Assembly (NCBI GenBank): GCA_023245335.1
Contig: JAHFKK010000001.1
Coordinates: 1,098,053 to 1,162,052 of the forward strand
DNA: 64,000 bases
DNA from: Candidatus Gottesmanbacteria bacterium
Lineage (GTDB): Bacteria > Patescibacteriota > Microgenomatia > UBA10105 > UBA927
Direction of reading: 5' to 3'
Each line of letters starts with the position of its first letter. Positions within the stretch are counted from its first letter, which is position 1. This document shows positions 50,665 through 60,453 of this stretch, piece after piece. The notes beneath the pieces were generated by a model that ran no database searches, had not been told where the DNA came from, and saw only the letters and a list, made by a program, of their open reading frames with translations. Both the position numbers and the translations under genes were made by a program.

Positions 50665-51286
50665 GATCCCGTGTGGTAAATATATAATCCAGCCGGTCTT
50701 TCACGGCTCCCGGGTAGCAGGTCGGGCAGCCGTCAGGATACACACACCACGTGGGTTGATTCGCCGAATCGGCAAGCGTCAATGAGTCATTCATGATGCC
50801 TATGGTTTTACTCTCCGGCAATGCGTTAAAGTCTCCCATGATGATCGTGCGGTCTTTCGGGGTCTGCCGGACCAGGGAAAGCGCTTCTTCTTCCTGATGA
50901 ACGGATGCCGACTGATGGGTATGTGTGAGATGTGTACTGATGACGTGAAGTGTTTGGTTTCCAATACGGATATTTGCCAGTAATCCGACATGCCTTGGAT
51001 CAATCGAAAGTTCCAATACTTTCGACGTATCTATATCATAACGGCTCAAAATCGCTTCTCCCCAATCTACTGTTCGCCCTTCATGAGTGAAAGAAGTCAC
51101 CGGCGCGAACTCCCAATGGTATCCCAATTTTTTTGCTATAGTTTCTGCTGTGTTATTTTTTCCGCCCTGATCCTGAATCACTTCCTGAAACGCTATAATG
51201 TCAGGGTGTTCCTTGCGAAGGAGATCAACTATCTCGGGTAAATATTTCCCCATCCAGATATTCCAGGATAACAGACGAACATTCAT
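50582..51286 (-). CDS. Endonuclease/exonuclease/phosphatase (EEP) family protein
   Basis: LSWNI, DIIAFQEV, AILSRY, THL, MGDFN, LDYIF and SDHLP motifs. Confidence 0.93.
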   Translation of the reverse strand: MNVRLLSWNIWMGKYLPEIVDLLRKEHPDIIAFQEVIQDQGGKNNTAETIAKKLGYHWEFAPVTSFTHEGRTVDWGEAILSRYDIDTSKVLELSIDPRHVGLLANIRIGNQTLHVISTHLTHTHQSASVHQEEEALSLVRQTPKDRTIIMGDFNALPESKTIGIMNDSLTLADSANQPTWCVYPDGCPTCYPGAVKDRLDYIFTTRDLTVSNYRVIPSDGSDHLPIAATVFPVR

Positions 51287-51288
51287 AA

Positions 51289-52527
51289 CTACTTTCCGAT
51301 AGGTTTACCATTGGAAAAACTGACAGACCCATTCTGATTGAGATTCATGATGGCAGGGTTCGGTTTCTTCGCATATTTGTCATAGGTCCTCTCAAAGTGC
51401 GCGGCTATGGTTTCCCACGAAAATTTTTCCTCCACGGACTTCCGTGCATTCTGTCCCATTTTGATACGTATTGATTCATTATCTAATAGTTCGTTCACCA
51501 TCTCAACTATCTCCGAGCTATTCCTCGGACGGACAAAAAATCCGTTGAATCCCTCTTTCACCGCAAGCGGTATCCCACCTTTCCGGGTGACGACAACGGG
51601 GGTATTACATGCCATAGCTTCCAAAATTACTAATCCCAACGGTTCGTCCCATACGCTTGGCGCGACGAATACGTCGGCGCGTGAATAGTACGGCACCAAT
51701 TTTTTCACCCCGGCGCCCAAATGCCCCACCCAATGGACATTGGTTAATCCCATTTGTTTCGCCTTTTCTTGAAGTCGAGCCCGTTCCGGCCCGTCGCCTA
51801 AAATCACAACTTCTCCGTGTATCTTTCGGGCTGCCCCGATAAGATAATCCACGCCTTTATATTTGGTAATTTTTCCGGCAAATAACACAACAGGCTTCCC
51901 GTGAAGACCGAGCTCTTTATCGACAGCCTTATAGCCGGATTCGCTATAGACGAACTTGTGGATATTGACGCCTCCCGGTATCACGCGGCATTTCTCATGG
52001 AAATTTCCCTTAAAGATACGCAAAAACCACTCCCTCGTCCAGCCGGAATTCGGAAATATGCGCTTCGCACGCAACATAGCATCCGCTGTACGCTGATAAT
52101 AGCGTCTGTCCCTTTCAAGTGTCGGTAACTCTGAACCGTGGATCGTCACCACGTAGTTGATGTTATACATGTCTTTGATAAACGCCGCTACCCACGAGAG
52201 AGGAAATGCATGATGTACGTGGATAATATCCGGCTTAAACTCATCGACAGCCTTCATTGAAGCACGGAGGAACGCATCATACAGCTCCCAGATCTCCATA
52301 CTTTTGAGATCGGTGTAGAGTTTGCAGCCTGGCCATTCCGGGTGTCCGGTATAAGCGACGGGAAACGGCAGGGTGACGGGATATAGTTTGGCGTACTCAA
52401 TGGGACGGGTATCTGGAGCGAGGATAGCGACTTTGTGGTGTCTGCCCACTTCGGAGGCAAGATGCCGGGCATATGTACCGCTGCCGGAACCCCAAAATGG
52501 GAATGTCTGAAGGTATAGTATTCTCAT
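51289..52527 (-). CDS. Glycosyltransferase family 4
   Basis: PDIIHVHH, TIHG, KYKGV and DVFVAPS.WDEPLGLVILEAMAC motifs. Confidence 0.93.
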   Translation of the reverse strand: MRILYLQTFPFWGSGSGTYARHLASEVGRHHKVAILAPDTRPIEYAKLYPVTLPFPVAYTGHPEWPGCKLYTDLKSMEIWELYDAFLRASMKAVDEFKPDIIHVHHAFPLSWVAAFIKDMYNINYVVTIHGSELPTLERDRRYYQRTADAMLRAKRIFPNSGWTREWFLRIFKGNFHEKCRVIPGGVNIHKFVYSESGYKAVDKELGLHGKPVVLFAGKITKYKGVDYLIGAARKIHGEVVILGDGPERARLQEKAKQMGLTNVHWVGHLGAGVKKLVPYYSRADVFVAPSVWDEPLGLVILEAMACNTPVVVTRKGGIPLAVKEGFNGFFVRPRNSSEIVEMVNELLDNESIRIKMGQNARKSVEEKFSWETIAAHFERTYDKYAKKPNPAIMNLNQNGSVSFSNGKPIGK

Positions 52528-52635
52528 GGGTTTCCCTGCGTTATGACTGGTATTATATCATGAATCCTAGGAAATTTGTCTGTAAGATATCCCGCTTGAC
52601 ATACTTCTTAGCCCGTAGTATCAATACAATCCTAT

Positions 52636-53016
52636 ATGACAAAGCCGGGTTTCTACGGAAAAAGTGGCCGAGGACTTTCGTCGAGGGAAATTTTGCATCT
52701 TCCTGAGAGCGAAGAAATTATACTCCATACTCATTTGGATGATAACGAATTTGCAGAAAAAATACGTCAGGCGCGTCACCACGACGGACTAATCCCTGTC
52801 GTCCAGGCCGTAAGATTTGGCAACTTATCGGTAACTTCAAACCTTATTGACGCCGCGGCACACCTGGGCCATGAATTTAATCGACCCGCCAGAAACTACA
52901 CTATTGCGCTGCGACCGGTCATAGGAGATCCGAATCAACGGTTACGCACAGGGAAAGAAGCAGGAGGCAAGCATAGGAGAAGGAAAAGATCATTGCCGTC
53001 TTGGTTAAAAAAGTGA
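52636..53016 (+). CDS. Hypothetical protein with a basic tail
   Basis: 126-aa ATG ORF with a TTGACA promoter upstream. Confidence 0.5.
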   Translation: MTKPGFYGKSGRGLSSREILHLPESEEIILHTHLDDNEFAEKIRQARHHDGLIPVVQAVRFGNLSVTSNLIDAAAHLGHEFNRPARNYTIALRPVIGDPNQRLRTGKEAGGKHRRRKRSLPSWLKK

Positions 53017-53106
53017 CATCCCCACCGTAAAACATCCAAACAGCGCCGTACATCAAAGAAAACTGATAATCTTGCACTTTTATCTCGGAACTGTTAGATT
53101 TCTCCC

Positions 53107-53700
53107 ATGTTTCAGGAAGTCCGAAGGTTTTTCCGTACTGCAGCAACCACGCTCGTCGTGGGCGGCATGCTCACGGGATCTGTCCCGATACGACATCCGT
53201 CTGAGGTTCCCGGATCTCACCAGGCCAGCATCCCTCCCCGGGCGGAATTGGCTCTTCCGCCTGTCCCAACCCGTCTACGCCCCACCCGCACACCTATCCC
53301 AGCAGCAACTGATTATTACCAGGATGCGGTCTATATTTCCCTTCGGCTATGCAAGGGCATGCACCTTGACGGGATATGTCAGGAAGACGAACCGGGGATA
53401 ATCGGGGCTGGGATTACTATCTACCAAAATCCGCCAGGCATCCAAACGGTTAATCATGCAGCAGAAATTACCCGACAATCTGATGATTCAGGTCGGGTGT
53501 TGCTTTCGTATTTAGCCCGTCCCGGCGAGCTCTTGCATCTCAACTATCCTCCGCTTATAAAAGAATTAGGAAAAAACGGCTCGGAAAGTAAATATTGTGC
53601 AGGAAATCTATATACTCATCAAAATACACATACGTACAAATCATTCGACTTGGAATATAGCTCTGACTATTGCGACGTAAAACCTGGAAATGGCTCGTAA
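53107..53700 (+). CDS. Hypothetical exported protein (possible SdrD-B/Cna-like fragment)
   Basis: N-terminal hydrophobic segment, Pro-rich linker, DG....DEPGI.G..I.I and SDDSG motifs. Confidence 0.5.
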   Translation: MFQEVRRFFRTAATTLVVGGMLTGSVPIRHPSEVPGSHQASIPPRAELALPPVPTRLRPTRTPIPAATDYYQDAVYISLRLCKGMHLDGICQEDEPGIIGAGITIYQNPPGIQTVNHAAEITRQSDDSGRVLLSYLARPGELLHLNYPPLIKELGKNGSESKYCAGNLYTHQNTHTYKSFDLEYSSDYCDVKPGNGS

Positions 53701-53725
53701 GGACGGGCCGTATATATGACCTATA

Positions 53726-54016
53726 CTATGCTTTCTGAGCATCCTCGAAGGGCGGACAGCCGCCGTATCGGTTTTTAAGCCTGACGCATCCTCCACATCG
53801 TCTGTCCGGCGGATGGAAATTTATGCGAATAAACCCGATTGCGCCACGACTAACACAAGCTACACGATCCACCTGAACAAGCTGCTGAAGCGTGCTCCAT
53901 GGAACTTGCGATGTAATTCCCGCCGAAAATTCTGAGATTGGGATGTCTGATTGCGGAATGCGCTTCTGGTCATGCAAAAATGTTAAAGCTTCCCGCACGT
54001 TAGTGCCATATCCCAT
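53726..54016 (-). CDS. Small hypothetical protein with a CxxC...C tail
   Basis: 96-aa ATG ORF filling the gap. Confidence 0.5.
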   Translation of the reverse strand: MGYGTNVREALTFLHDQKRIPQSDIPISEFSAGITSQVPWSTLQQLVQVDRVACVSRGAIGFIRINFHPPDRRCGGCVRLKNRYGGCPPFEDAQKA

Positions 54017-54040
54017 AGATAGTATTCCTTAAGAGACGTA

Positions 54041-54886
54041 TTATATACCAACTTTCTCACGGATCAATAAGACCACAAACGTTATAAGCGCCAGTTGTCT
54101 TTTCCACCTCCATGGCTCCTGAAGTAGTCTCCATGCCCACTCAAACCCTATCGATCTAATAAATACTGGTGCACGTTTGAGTCTATCGGCAATTATTTCA
54201 AACGAGCCACCGACCGCCATAAGCACCAAAGGTTTATGATAATCGCGCTTTTCCATCTCGCGTATAAGCTCGTTTATGTACGCTTCCTGCTTCGGTGCAC
54301 CCAAACCGACGAATATCAAACTTGCTTTCGTGCGTTGGATACGATCTGCTGTGTGGAGAATGGCAGCTTTATCCATCGTGATACCGTGAGGAAAGTAAGA
54401 TATATGAGGGCCATCCTCTCCCCATCCTACCAGCTTCGTATACTTAGAACGTAAGCGCTCATAAGCTTTGACTGCTAATCCGTCAAAACCCCCTATAAGT
54501 CCTATTGTATCGCCCCAATTCGCGGCGTAGCCTATCAGATCTTCCATAAATTCAACACCGGGAATCCTCTCTTGTATCAGTGCGTGATTATCCATATCCG
54601 GTCGCCTGCCCAAAAATTGACTTGCCCATACTAGGCCAATGCCATCCGGGAGCGCCACATCGGCCTGATTAAGAATAGTCGCAAACCACTGGTGCGACTG
54701 GGCGTAGACGATTTGTTCGGGATTCGGGGTAAAAATAATGAACGGTTTCGATACTCGTTGCACATTCCGCGAGATGGATTTAGACGTGTTACCTAAATAC
54801 TTTTGAATTTCTTCTAGGATCTTTTTTTTAGTATCGGACGTTATAGATATTTTCAGTATTTTTCCCGCAGATAGACTCATAGTCAA
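54041..54886 (-). CDS. WecB/TagA/CpsF (GT26) glycosyltransferase
   Basis: TPNPE, PDGIG, RIPG, VGLGAPKQE, VGGSF and RAP....G.EW..RL.QEP.R motifs. Confidence 0.95.
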   Translation of the reverse strand: MTMSLSAGKILKISITSDTKKKILEEIQKYLGNTSKSISRNVQRVSKPFIIFTPNPEQIVYAQSHQWFATILNQADVALPDGIGLVWASQFLGRRPDMDNHALIQERIPGVEFMEDLIGYAANWGDTIGLIGGFDGLAVKAYERLRSKYTKLVGWGEDGPHISYFPHGITMDKAAILHTADRIQRTKASLIFVGLGAPKQEAYINELIREMEKRDYHKPLVLMAVGGSFEIIADRLKRAPVFIRSIGFEWAWRLLQEPWRWKRQLALITFVVLLIREKVGI

Positions 54887-55117
54887 TATAAAAATCTATA
54901 AAAAATATCCTATTAACGTGTTTTCTTTCTTTATTGAGTACAAAAAATAGTAGCTGAATATAGAATCAGTCACAAAGTTAGCTTCACTTGCGGGAAAAAT
55001 GTTATGAGCCATATACATATTCCGTGATTTTACTCAAATATTTTTTATTATCCCAAAATAAATATTTTCTATAAGATATATAACTTAAAATATTTCTTTT
55101 GCGATTTAAGTTCCTTG

Positions 55118-56212
55118 CTATTTTTTACTGACACTTCGCTTATAGAGCTCTATATTTTCTATCGCGACGCCGGTCCCCCGCACGACGCAAAGTAGCGGCT
55201 CGTCAGCAATGTGTGCGGGCACGCCGGTCAATTGAGTTACCAACTTATCGAGATTACGCAGTAAGCTCGTCCCTCCCGCCATGACAATCCCTTTATCAAT
55301 GATGTCCGCGGCCAGCTCGGGCGGCGTCTCTTCAAGCACATGCTTAATGGCACCGATGATATGATATAAAACCGGAGTTATCGCGTCTGTAAGCTCTGAT
55401 CGAGTCAATGTAACGATACGCGGCAGTCCGGTCACCGCATCCCGGCCTCGGATTTCCATAGATTGGGCTGGCATTGGTGATTCCGGGTTCAGACCGACAG
55501 GCTGTTCTTTCGTTTTTTGCTGTCTTTCCGTAAACGATGAGCTATGTACTTTCGGATCGTTTCCTAATGCATCCGCAATAGTTATTTTGATTGTCTCCGC
55601 CATCCGTTCACCGATAATGAGATTGTAATTTTTTTTGACAAAATTTGTGATGGCTTCGTCAATCTTGTTCCCGGCAACCCGCGCGCTTTTGTGCACAACG
55701 ACACCGCCAAGAGAAATGACTGCGGCCTCAGTCGATCCACCGCCAATATCGACAATCATGTGCCCTGATGCTTGGGCTATAGGGATTTTCGCTCCAATTG
55801 CTGCGGCAAGAGGCTCTTCGATAAGATAAGCGACCTTTGCTCCGGCCGAAAGCGTCGCGTCGATGACAGCCCGCCGCTCGACCTGAGAAGCTCCGGTAGG
55901 TACGCAAATCATGACTTCCGGTTTAAATATTCGGTTCCGCCCTACTGCCCTATCTATGAAATAGCGAAGCATCGCCTCAGTGATCCGATAATCGGCGATG
56001 ACGCCATCCCGCATCGGACGGCTCGCCGTGATGTTGCCGGGAGTACGACCAAGCATTTCCTTCGCCTCATTTCCCACAGCGACGACCCGCCCGTCATCTA
56101 CCGTGACGGCAACGACGGTAGGCTCATTGAGGACTACCCCGCTGCCTGCAAGCCACACAACGCTATTGGCAGTTCCTAAATCGATTCCTAATCGTTTGGT
56201 AAGTCCGAACAT
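55118..56212 (-). CDS. mreB: Rod shape-determining actin homolog MreB/Mbl
   Basis: GIDLGTAN, EP.VVA, RPMRDGVIAD, EEP.AAAIGA, VDIGGG, IRGRD..TGLP and PPELAADI motifs. Confidence 0.97.
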   Translation of the reverse strand: MFGLTKRLGIDLGTANSVVWLAGSGVVLNEPTVVAVTVDDGRVVAVGNEAKEMLGRTPGNITASRPMRDGVIADYRITEAMLRYFIDRAVGRNRIFKPEVMICVPTGASQVERRAVIDATLSAGAKVAYLIEEPLAAAIGAKIPIAQASGHMIVDIGGGSTEAAVISLGGVVVHKSARVAGNKIDEAITNFVKKNYNLIIGERMAETIKITIADALGNDPKVHSSSFTERQQKTKEQPVGLNPESPMPAQSMEIRGRDAVTGLPRIVTLTRSELTDAITPVLYHIIGAIKHVLEETPPELAADIIDKGIVMAGGTSLLRNLDKLVTQLTGVPAHIADEPLLCVVRGTGVAIENIELYKRSVSKK

Positions 56213-56228
56213 AAAAAAAAGATAAACG

Positions 56229-56306
56229 TGGATTGCGCGGAAGCGGCTACCTACTTCTTCGTCACTTGAGCAGTGCGGCGGCGGCCGGGCACGCGCGACA
56301 TTTCCA
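56229..56306 (-). other. GC-rich ~80-nt rod-like hairpin in the mreB leader
   Basis: Minus strand tgga..gcgcg..cggccgcc..ctgct / agtag..ggtagccg..cgcgc..tcca; TG-TTAAAAT just upstream. Confidence 0.4.
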
Positions 56307-56357
56307 TTAGCATTTTAACACAGTTCACGCTATAATACTCTCAACTCCGAGATCACT

Positions 56358-57635
56358 ATGTTTTCAAGTTTCCGATCATTTCTGATATCTTTCGTTACAT
56401 TTATTATCATATTTGGAACGGCTGCCGCGATAATCGCCTATGGCCGCGGCTACCGGTTTAATTTCGGAAACCATGTTTTAAACTCCACCGGGCTTGTCGT
56501 CATTCAATCAGATCCGTCAGGCGCACAGATCATCGTTGACGGTACAGTGAAAACCGCCACTCAAGCCACCCTCACCCTCACTCCAGGCTGGTACGACATA
56601 ACGGTCGCAAAAGAAGGATTTCAGGCATGGAAAAAGCGTGTAAAAGTACAAGGAGAGGTCGTCAATAAAATCGACGCGCTGCTTTTGCCGGCAAATCCCA
56701 GTCTCAATGCGCTCACCATAAGCGGCGTCATATCACCTACGCTTTCTCCGGACGGCAGTAAATTAGCCTATGTGGTGCCCGATCAGCCACAAGCGACCAT
56801 ATCCGGTACGTTAAGCCCCGCGACCCCGGGCATTTGGGTTTTGGATCTGGTCGATAAACCCTTGGGCTTAAACCGTGATGCCCGACAGATTGCCCAATCA
56901 AACGGTGTAGACTTCACCAAGGCGACACTCGCTTGGTCTCCCGACAGTAAACAAGTTTTAACCACGGATTTAAATGGTCTTTCCTATCTTATGGATACGG
57001 ACAAACTCAACGCTCCATTTAATACTGTCAATATCAAAACAGTTCAAACCGCTTGGCAAACGATCAAAGAATTACAAACAAAAGAACAACTCAACACTAT
57101 CCCTCGAGTGTTTACAGATATGGCATCTGCCTCAGCTTCTATCATCAGACTTTCTCCGGATGAAACAAAAATTCTTTACGCGGCGACGGCGAGTGCATCA
57201 CTTCCACAAATTATCACACCCCCGCTTATCGGCACAAACCCCACCGAAGAATCTCGGACGATAAAATCGGGAAACATATACGTCTATGACGTCAAGGAAG
57301 ACCGTAATTATCTCGTGGTTATGCCGTCCATGTTGCCCGCTTCCCCCACGCCTACCCCCAGCCGCATCAAAAAACTACCCGCGACAGCAGCGATCCCCCT
57401 CGATATAGGCTCGATTTTGCATTGGCTACCCACCTCACGACATCTCGTACTGGTCCTGAAAGACCGGGTGGAAATCATGGATTACGACGGCACCAATACC
57501 CGTACCGCCTATGCAGGACCATTTTGGGATAGCTTTGCAGTCCCGTGGGCATCGGGAGGCAAACTCGTCATACTCACGAACCTCAACTCTTCAGCTTCAG
57601 CGGTAAACAATCTGTATGTGGTAAATTTGCACTGA
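56358..57635 (+). CDS. PEGA-domain membrane-anchored protein with TolB-like propeller repeats
   Basis: AYGRGYRF, TGL..I.S.P.GAQI.VDG, L.PG.Y.I.V.KEGF..W.K; repeated SPDG/WSPD/SPDE motifs. Confidence 0.88.
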   Translation: MFSSFRSFLISFVTFIIIFGTAAAIIAYGRGYRFNFGNHVLNSTGLVVIQSDPSGAQIIVDGTVKTATQATLTLTPGWYDITVAKEGFQAWKKRVKVQGEVVNKIDALLLPANPSLNALTISGVISPTLSPDGSKLAYVVPDQPQATISGTLSPATPGIWVLDLVDKPLGLNRDARQIAQSNGVDFTKATLAWSPDSKQVLTTDLNGLSYLMDTDKLNAPFNTVNIKTVQTAWQTIKELQTKEQLNTIPRVFTDMASASASIIRLSPDETKILYAATASASLPQIITPPLIGTNPTEESRTIKSGNIYVYDVKEDRNYLVVMPSMLPASPTPTPSRIKKLPATAAIPLDIGSILHWLPTSRHLVLVLKDRVEIMDYDGTNTRTAYAGPFWDSFAVPWASGGKLVILTNLNSSASAVNNLYVVNLH

Positions 57636-57916
57636 TGGAAAAAAACTTTCAACCCACTCTTGACCCTACGACATTATACGATCTTCAACCCGGTGAAGAG
57701 CTTTATACCACAGCTGACATTCTCACAATACATAGAAAAAAATCTGAAAACGGCCCGGGGACGCCACAAAACTCAACGGGTGTAGTCGCAAGGATGAGAC
57801 TGACAGAAAAGTATTCTTCTATTCGTGTGGTACCTCAAAGAAACTTGTTTACCGGCGAAGTGGTCAACAATTCTCATCAAATCATCGTCATCCGTACATC
57901 ATCGCAGCCACGCTGA
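57635..57916 (+). CDS. Small hypothetical protein
   Basis: ATG overlaps the upstream TGA (TGATG). Confidence 0.5.
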   Translation: MEKNFQPTLDPTTLYDLQPGEELYTTADILTIHRKKSENGPGTPQNSTGVVARMRLTEKYSSIRVVPQRNLFTGEVVNNSHQIIVIRTSSQPR

Positions 57917-57926
57917 CAACGCATTG

Positions 57927-57998
57927 TGCCCCTAGAAGGAATCGAACCCTCATCTCACCCTTAGGACGGGTTTGCTCTATCCATTGAGCTATAGAGGC
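57927..57998 (-). tRNA. tRNA-Arg (CCT)
   Basis: GCCTCTA-TAGCTCAATGGATAGAGC-A-AACCC GT CCT AA GGGTG-AGAT-GAGGG TTCGATT CCTTC-TAGGGGC-A; CCA not encoded. Confidence 0.93.
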
Positions 57999-58065
57999 GT
58001 ATGTCTATTATACCATCGTCAACCTCACGGTTGACGTACGTAAGGTTCAGCGGGATACTCTAATT

Positions 58066-58456
58066 ATGTATTCTACTCATCAAAAGGGCTTGTATGGCGG
58101 ATTAGCATTCGCCCTGCGGTTAATTGAAAAAACTACACGGTCCTTCACCCCATGAATCCTAATTCCTGTTATGACTTGGCTATAGAGAAGGATGGTGTTT
58201 TTCAAAGAATCCAGGTAAAATACCTTACATCACGTAAAGGAGTATTACGAATTGAGCTTAAACGTCCAAAACGCAGGACTCTTCCATATCGTGATCGGGG
58301 TATTGATGCGATTGGGATATACGAGTCATCACAAAAAAATATTATCTCATTCCGCTCACATCGATACATACAGTCACCGACTTTTGGTTACGGTTAGATA
58401 ACCCGAAGAATAGTCAGCGGACAGGAATTCATTTCGCAAAAGAGTTTGAAATATAG
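58066..58456 (+). pseudogene. Frameshifted PD-(D/E)XK endonuclease (group I intron-associated / PDDEXK_5-like)
   Basis: Reconstruction MYSTHQKG..//YTVLHPMNPNSCYDLAIEKDG..RIQVKY..IDAIGIY..//YYLIP..RLDNPKNSQ..IHFAKEFEI; both breaks fall at poly-A runs. Confidence 0.75.
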
Positions 58457-58529
58457 CGGGGTGTGGCTCAGTTGGTAGAGCGCTTCGTTCGGGACGAAGA
58501 GGTCGTGAGTTCAAGTCTCACCACCCCGA
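58457..58529 (+). tRNA. tRNA-Pro (CGG)
   Basis: CGGGGTG-TGGCTCAGTTGGTAGAGC-G-CTTCG TT CGG GA CGAAG-AGGTC-GTGAG TTCAAGT CTCAC-CACCCCG-A. Confidence 0.96.
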
Positions 58530-58576
58530 CTCGCTAATTTTGGAAAGGCTCTCTTTGTGATATACTCTGCCTCAAT

Positions 58577-58798
58577 ATGGTGGCTCACCTACAAGCAATC
58601 GAGTTAGAACCGACTAATCTGCAAAAAATTGAGGCGCTTGCCGCGCGTCAGGCAGTTGAAAGGTATGGCGTCGGAAGCGCCTATGATAATTTAAGACATC
58701 GGCAGGAAAGACTTCGGGCGCTACTTAAGAACCCCAAAAGAGCACTTCATGCGTGGAACGCATTACCTGATCCCGCCTTCGGGAAGAAAGTCGGGTAA
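58577..58798 (+). CDS. Small hypothetical protein
   Basis: TATACT 10 nt upstream of the ATG. Confidence 0.5.
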   Translation: MVAHLQAIELEPTNLQKIEALAARQAVERYGVGSAYDNLRHRQERLRALLKNPKRALHAWNALPDPAFGKKVG

Positions 58799-58834
58799 CG
58801 GCAAGGGTATTGTACCGTGAGGTATAATACATGT

Positions 58835-59086
58835 ATGGCAACGACAGCACAGATTAGTGTCAGAACTGAATTTGGACCGAGTATCCGGATTACTTTGCCC
58901 TTTCAGGATCAACAAAACATAGTGCGGGGAGCTATGGCAAGTCTTACGCACACGCTTCCGGATCTAGATGAACGAACAATCCTGAATACTCCTTGGCCGA
59001 ATTTCACAAGGCTGCGAAAAAACGCTATTCGAAGGGATTTAACCGCATTTGCCAGAGATAACGCTGAATTCTTGCCTGACGCGTAA
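58835..59086 (+). CDS. Small hypothetical protein
   Basis: TATAAT 6 nt upstream of the ATG at 58835. Confidence 0.55.
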   Translation: MATTAQISVRTEFGPSIRITLPFQDQQNIVRGAMASLTHTLPDLDERTILNTPWPNFTRLRKNAIRRDLTAFARDNAEFLPDA

Positions 59087-59131
59087 TCCCCTTCTCGCAA
59101 ATTTCTTCAAAATGCGGTATACTACCCTCTA

Positions 59132-59782
59132 ATGAAGTTATCGTTTTCCTCACGTAACCAGCCCGAAGTACCGCTCCAACCGGACGTAGTTTTGGCTTCA
59201 CAATCCATTGGCCGACGGTCACTTCTCGAAAAGCTGGGCCTTCGATTCCGTGTCGCAGTTACCCGACTGGAAGAAGACAAAATTGTCGACGCTAACCCTA
59301 TCAAAACCATACAAAAACGCGCATCAGCCAAATCACAGGAAGTCATCAACAACCCCCGCATCTACATGATCCCGGAGGATCGTGATGTTGTCCTCATCGC
59401 CGCAGACAGCGAGGCCATAGTCGGCAAAAAGAGCTACGGCAAAGCGGTAGATCGGGACGATGCCACACGTATCCTCAAAGACCTCATGGGTAAAACCCAC
59501 ACGTTCACGACGGCAGTCGTCATCACCCACCTGGCGATGGGCAAAGTGAAAAAAACCTGGACAAAAACAGTAACAACAAAAGTTACACTACGCAAACTGT
59601 CCGGTCCGGAATTAGAAAGTTATGTCACGCATTACGACTTCTCCCGCTTCGCGGCAGGATACGCACTCAACGAAACTCCATGGGACTTGGTAACCAAAAT
59701 TGACGGCAGCTACACCAACGTCATCGGATTACCATTCGAAGTCCTCCTCCCTATCCTCCGGACGCTCAACATAATCGCGTAA
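59132..59782 (+). CDS. maf: Maf family nucleoside triphosphate pyrophosphatase
   Basis: VLASQS.GR..LL, IAADS, L.GKTH...TAV, AAGY and I.GSYTNVIGLP motifs. Confidence 0.9.
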   Translation: MKLSFSSRNQPEVPLQPDVVLASQSIGRRSLLEKLGLRFRVAVTRLEEDKIVDANPIKTIQKRASAKSQEVINNPRIYMIPEDRDVVLIAADSEAIVGKKSYGKAVDRDDATRILKDLMGKTHTFTTAVVITHLAMGKVKKTWTKTVTTKVTLRKLSGPELESYVTHYDFSRFAAGYALNETPWDLVTKIDGSYTNVIGLPFEVLLPILRTLNIIA

Positions 59783-59832
59783 TTCAGCCTGATTTGACAA
59801 GCCGATAGTATTTTTCGTATCATGAGCGCCTT

Positions 59833-60075
59833 ATGACTGAATTCTGCCCATCCTGCAAAGCAGCTGATTCCTGTAAACTCTACGCACGGAACTCAAATAC
59901 AGAAGCCGACCTACAAGCAAGAATTGATCGGTTTCAGACTGCACTGGGCAAACGATTTAACAAACCAGACTTTTCTCATATACAGTCATCTATCGAAGCG
60001 ACAACGGCGAGCATCGAGGAAGCGAGGGGCCGGCACGCGACCGAAATAAAAGGATTCAGATGCTATAGACCCTAA
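59833..60075 (+). CDS. Small hypothetical protein (CxxC...C, coiled coil)
   Basis: TTGACA-18-TATCAT, then ATG 9 nt later. Confidence 0.55.
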   Translation: MTEFCPSCKAADSCKLYARNSNTEADLQARIDRFQTALGKRFNKPDFSHIQSSIEATTASIEEARGRHATEIKGFRCYRP

Positions 60076-60079
60076 TCTT

Positions 60080-60409
60080 ATGAGAGAATCCAACCGGCGC
60101 TTAAGCGGAATAATAGTATCCGGAAGACAGCTTCTTCCGGAGGCACGGCCGTACGAGGTTATTCCCGGTAGTGATCTTACGACAATCGTAGGTTTTCAGG
60201 CGTTACGAAGAGGGTGGGATCGGGTAAGTGAAGCTGCCGCACTTAAAAGGGCCGCAAATAAACGGGGGATCGAGTTTACTGAAATAACAAAAGAAGGCCA
60301 TGTGATTGCGGTCAAGGCAAAAGTGCCTCAGGAACAATTACAGAATATATTGGATAGCATGAATCAACAGGGATTTACGAGAGGAAAAACGCCCGCGAAA
60401 AAAAAGTAA
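60080..60409 (+). CDS. Small hypothetical protein
   Basis: ATG 4 nt after the upstream stop. Confidence 0.5.
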   Translation: MRESNRRLSGIIVSGRQLLPEARPYEVIPGSDLTTIVGFQALRRGWDRVSEAAALKRAANKRGIEFTEITKEGHVIAVKAKVPQEQLQNILDSMNQQGFTRGKTPAKKK

Positions 60410-60453
60410 ATCGCACATCGTACGTTCGCTCGTGCGAGTGTTACAATATCTCC

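Noticed and set aside
54890-55117. Very AT-rich intergenic stretch as a possible replication origin
   Set aside because: No clustered DnaA boxes (TTATCCACA) and no dnaA/dnaN nearby; likely promoter or decayed DNA
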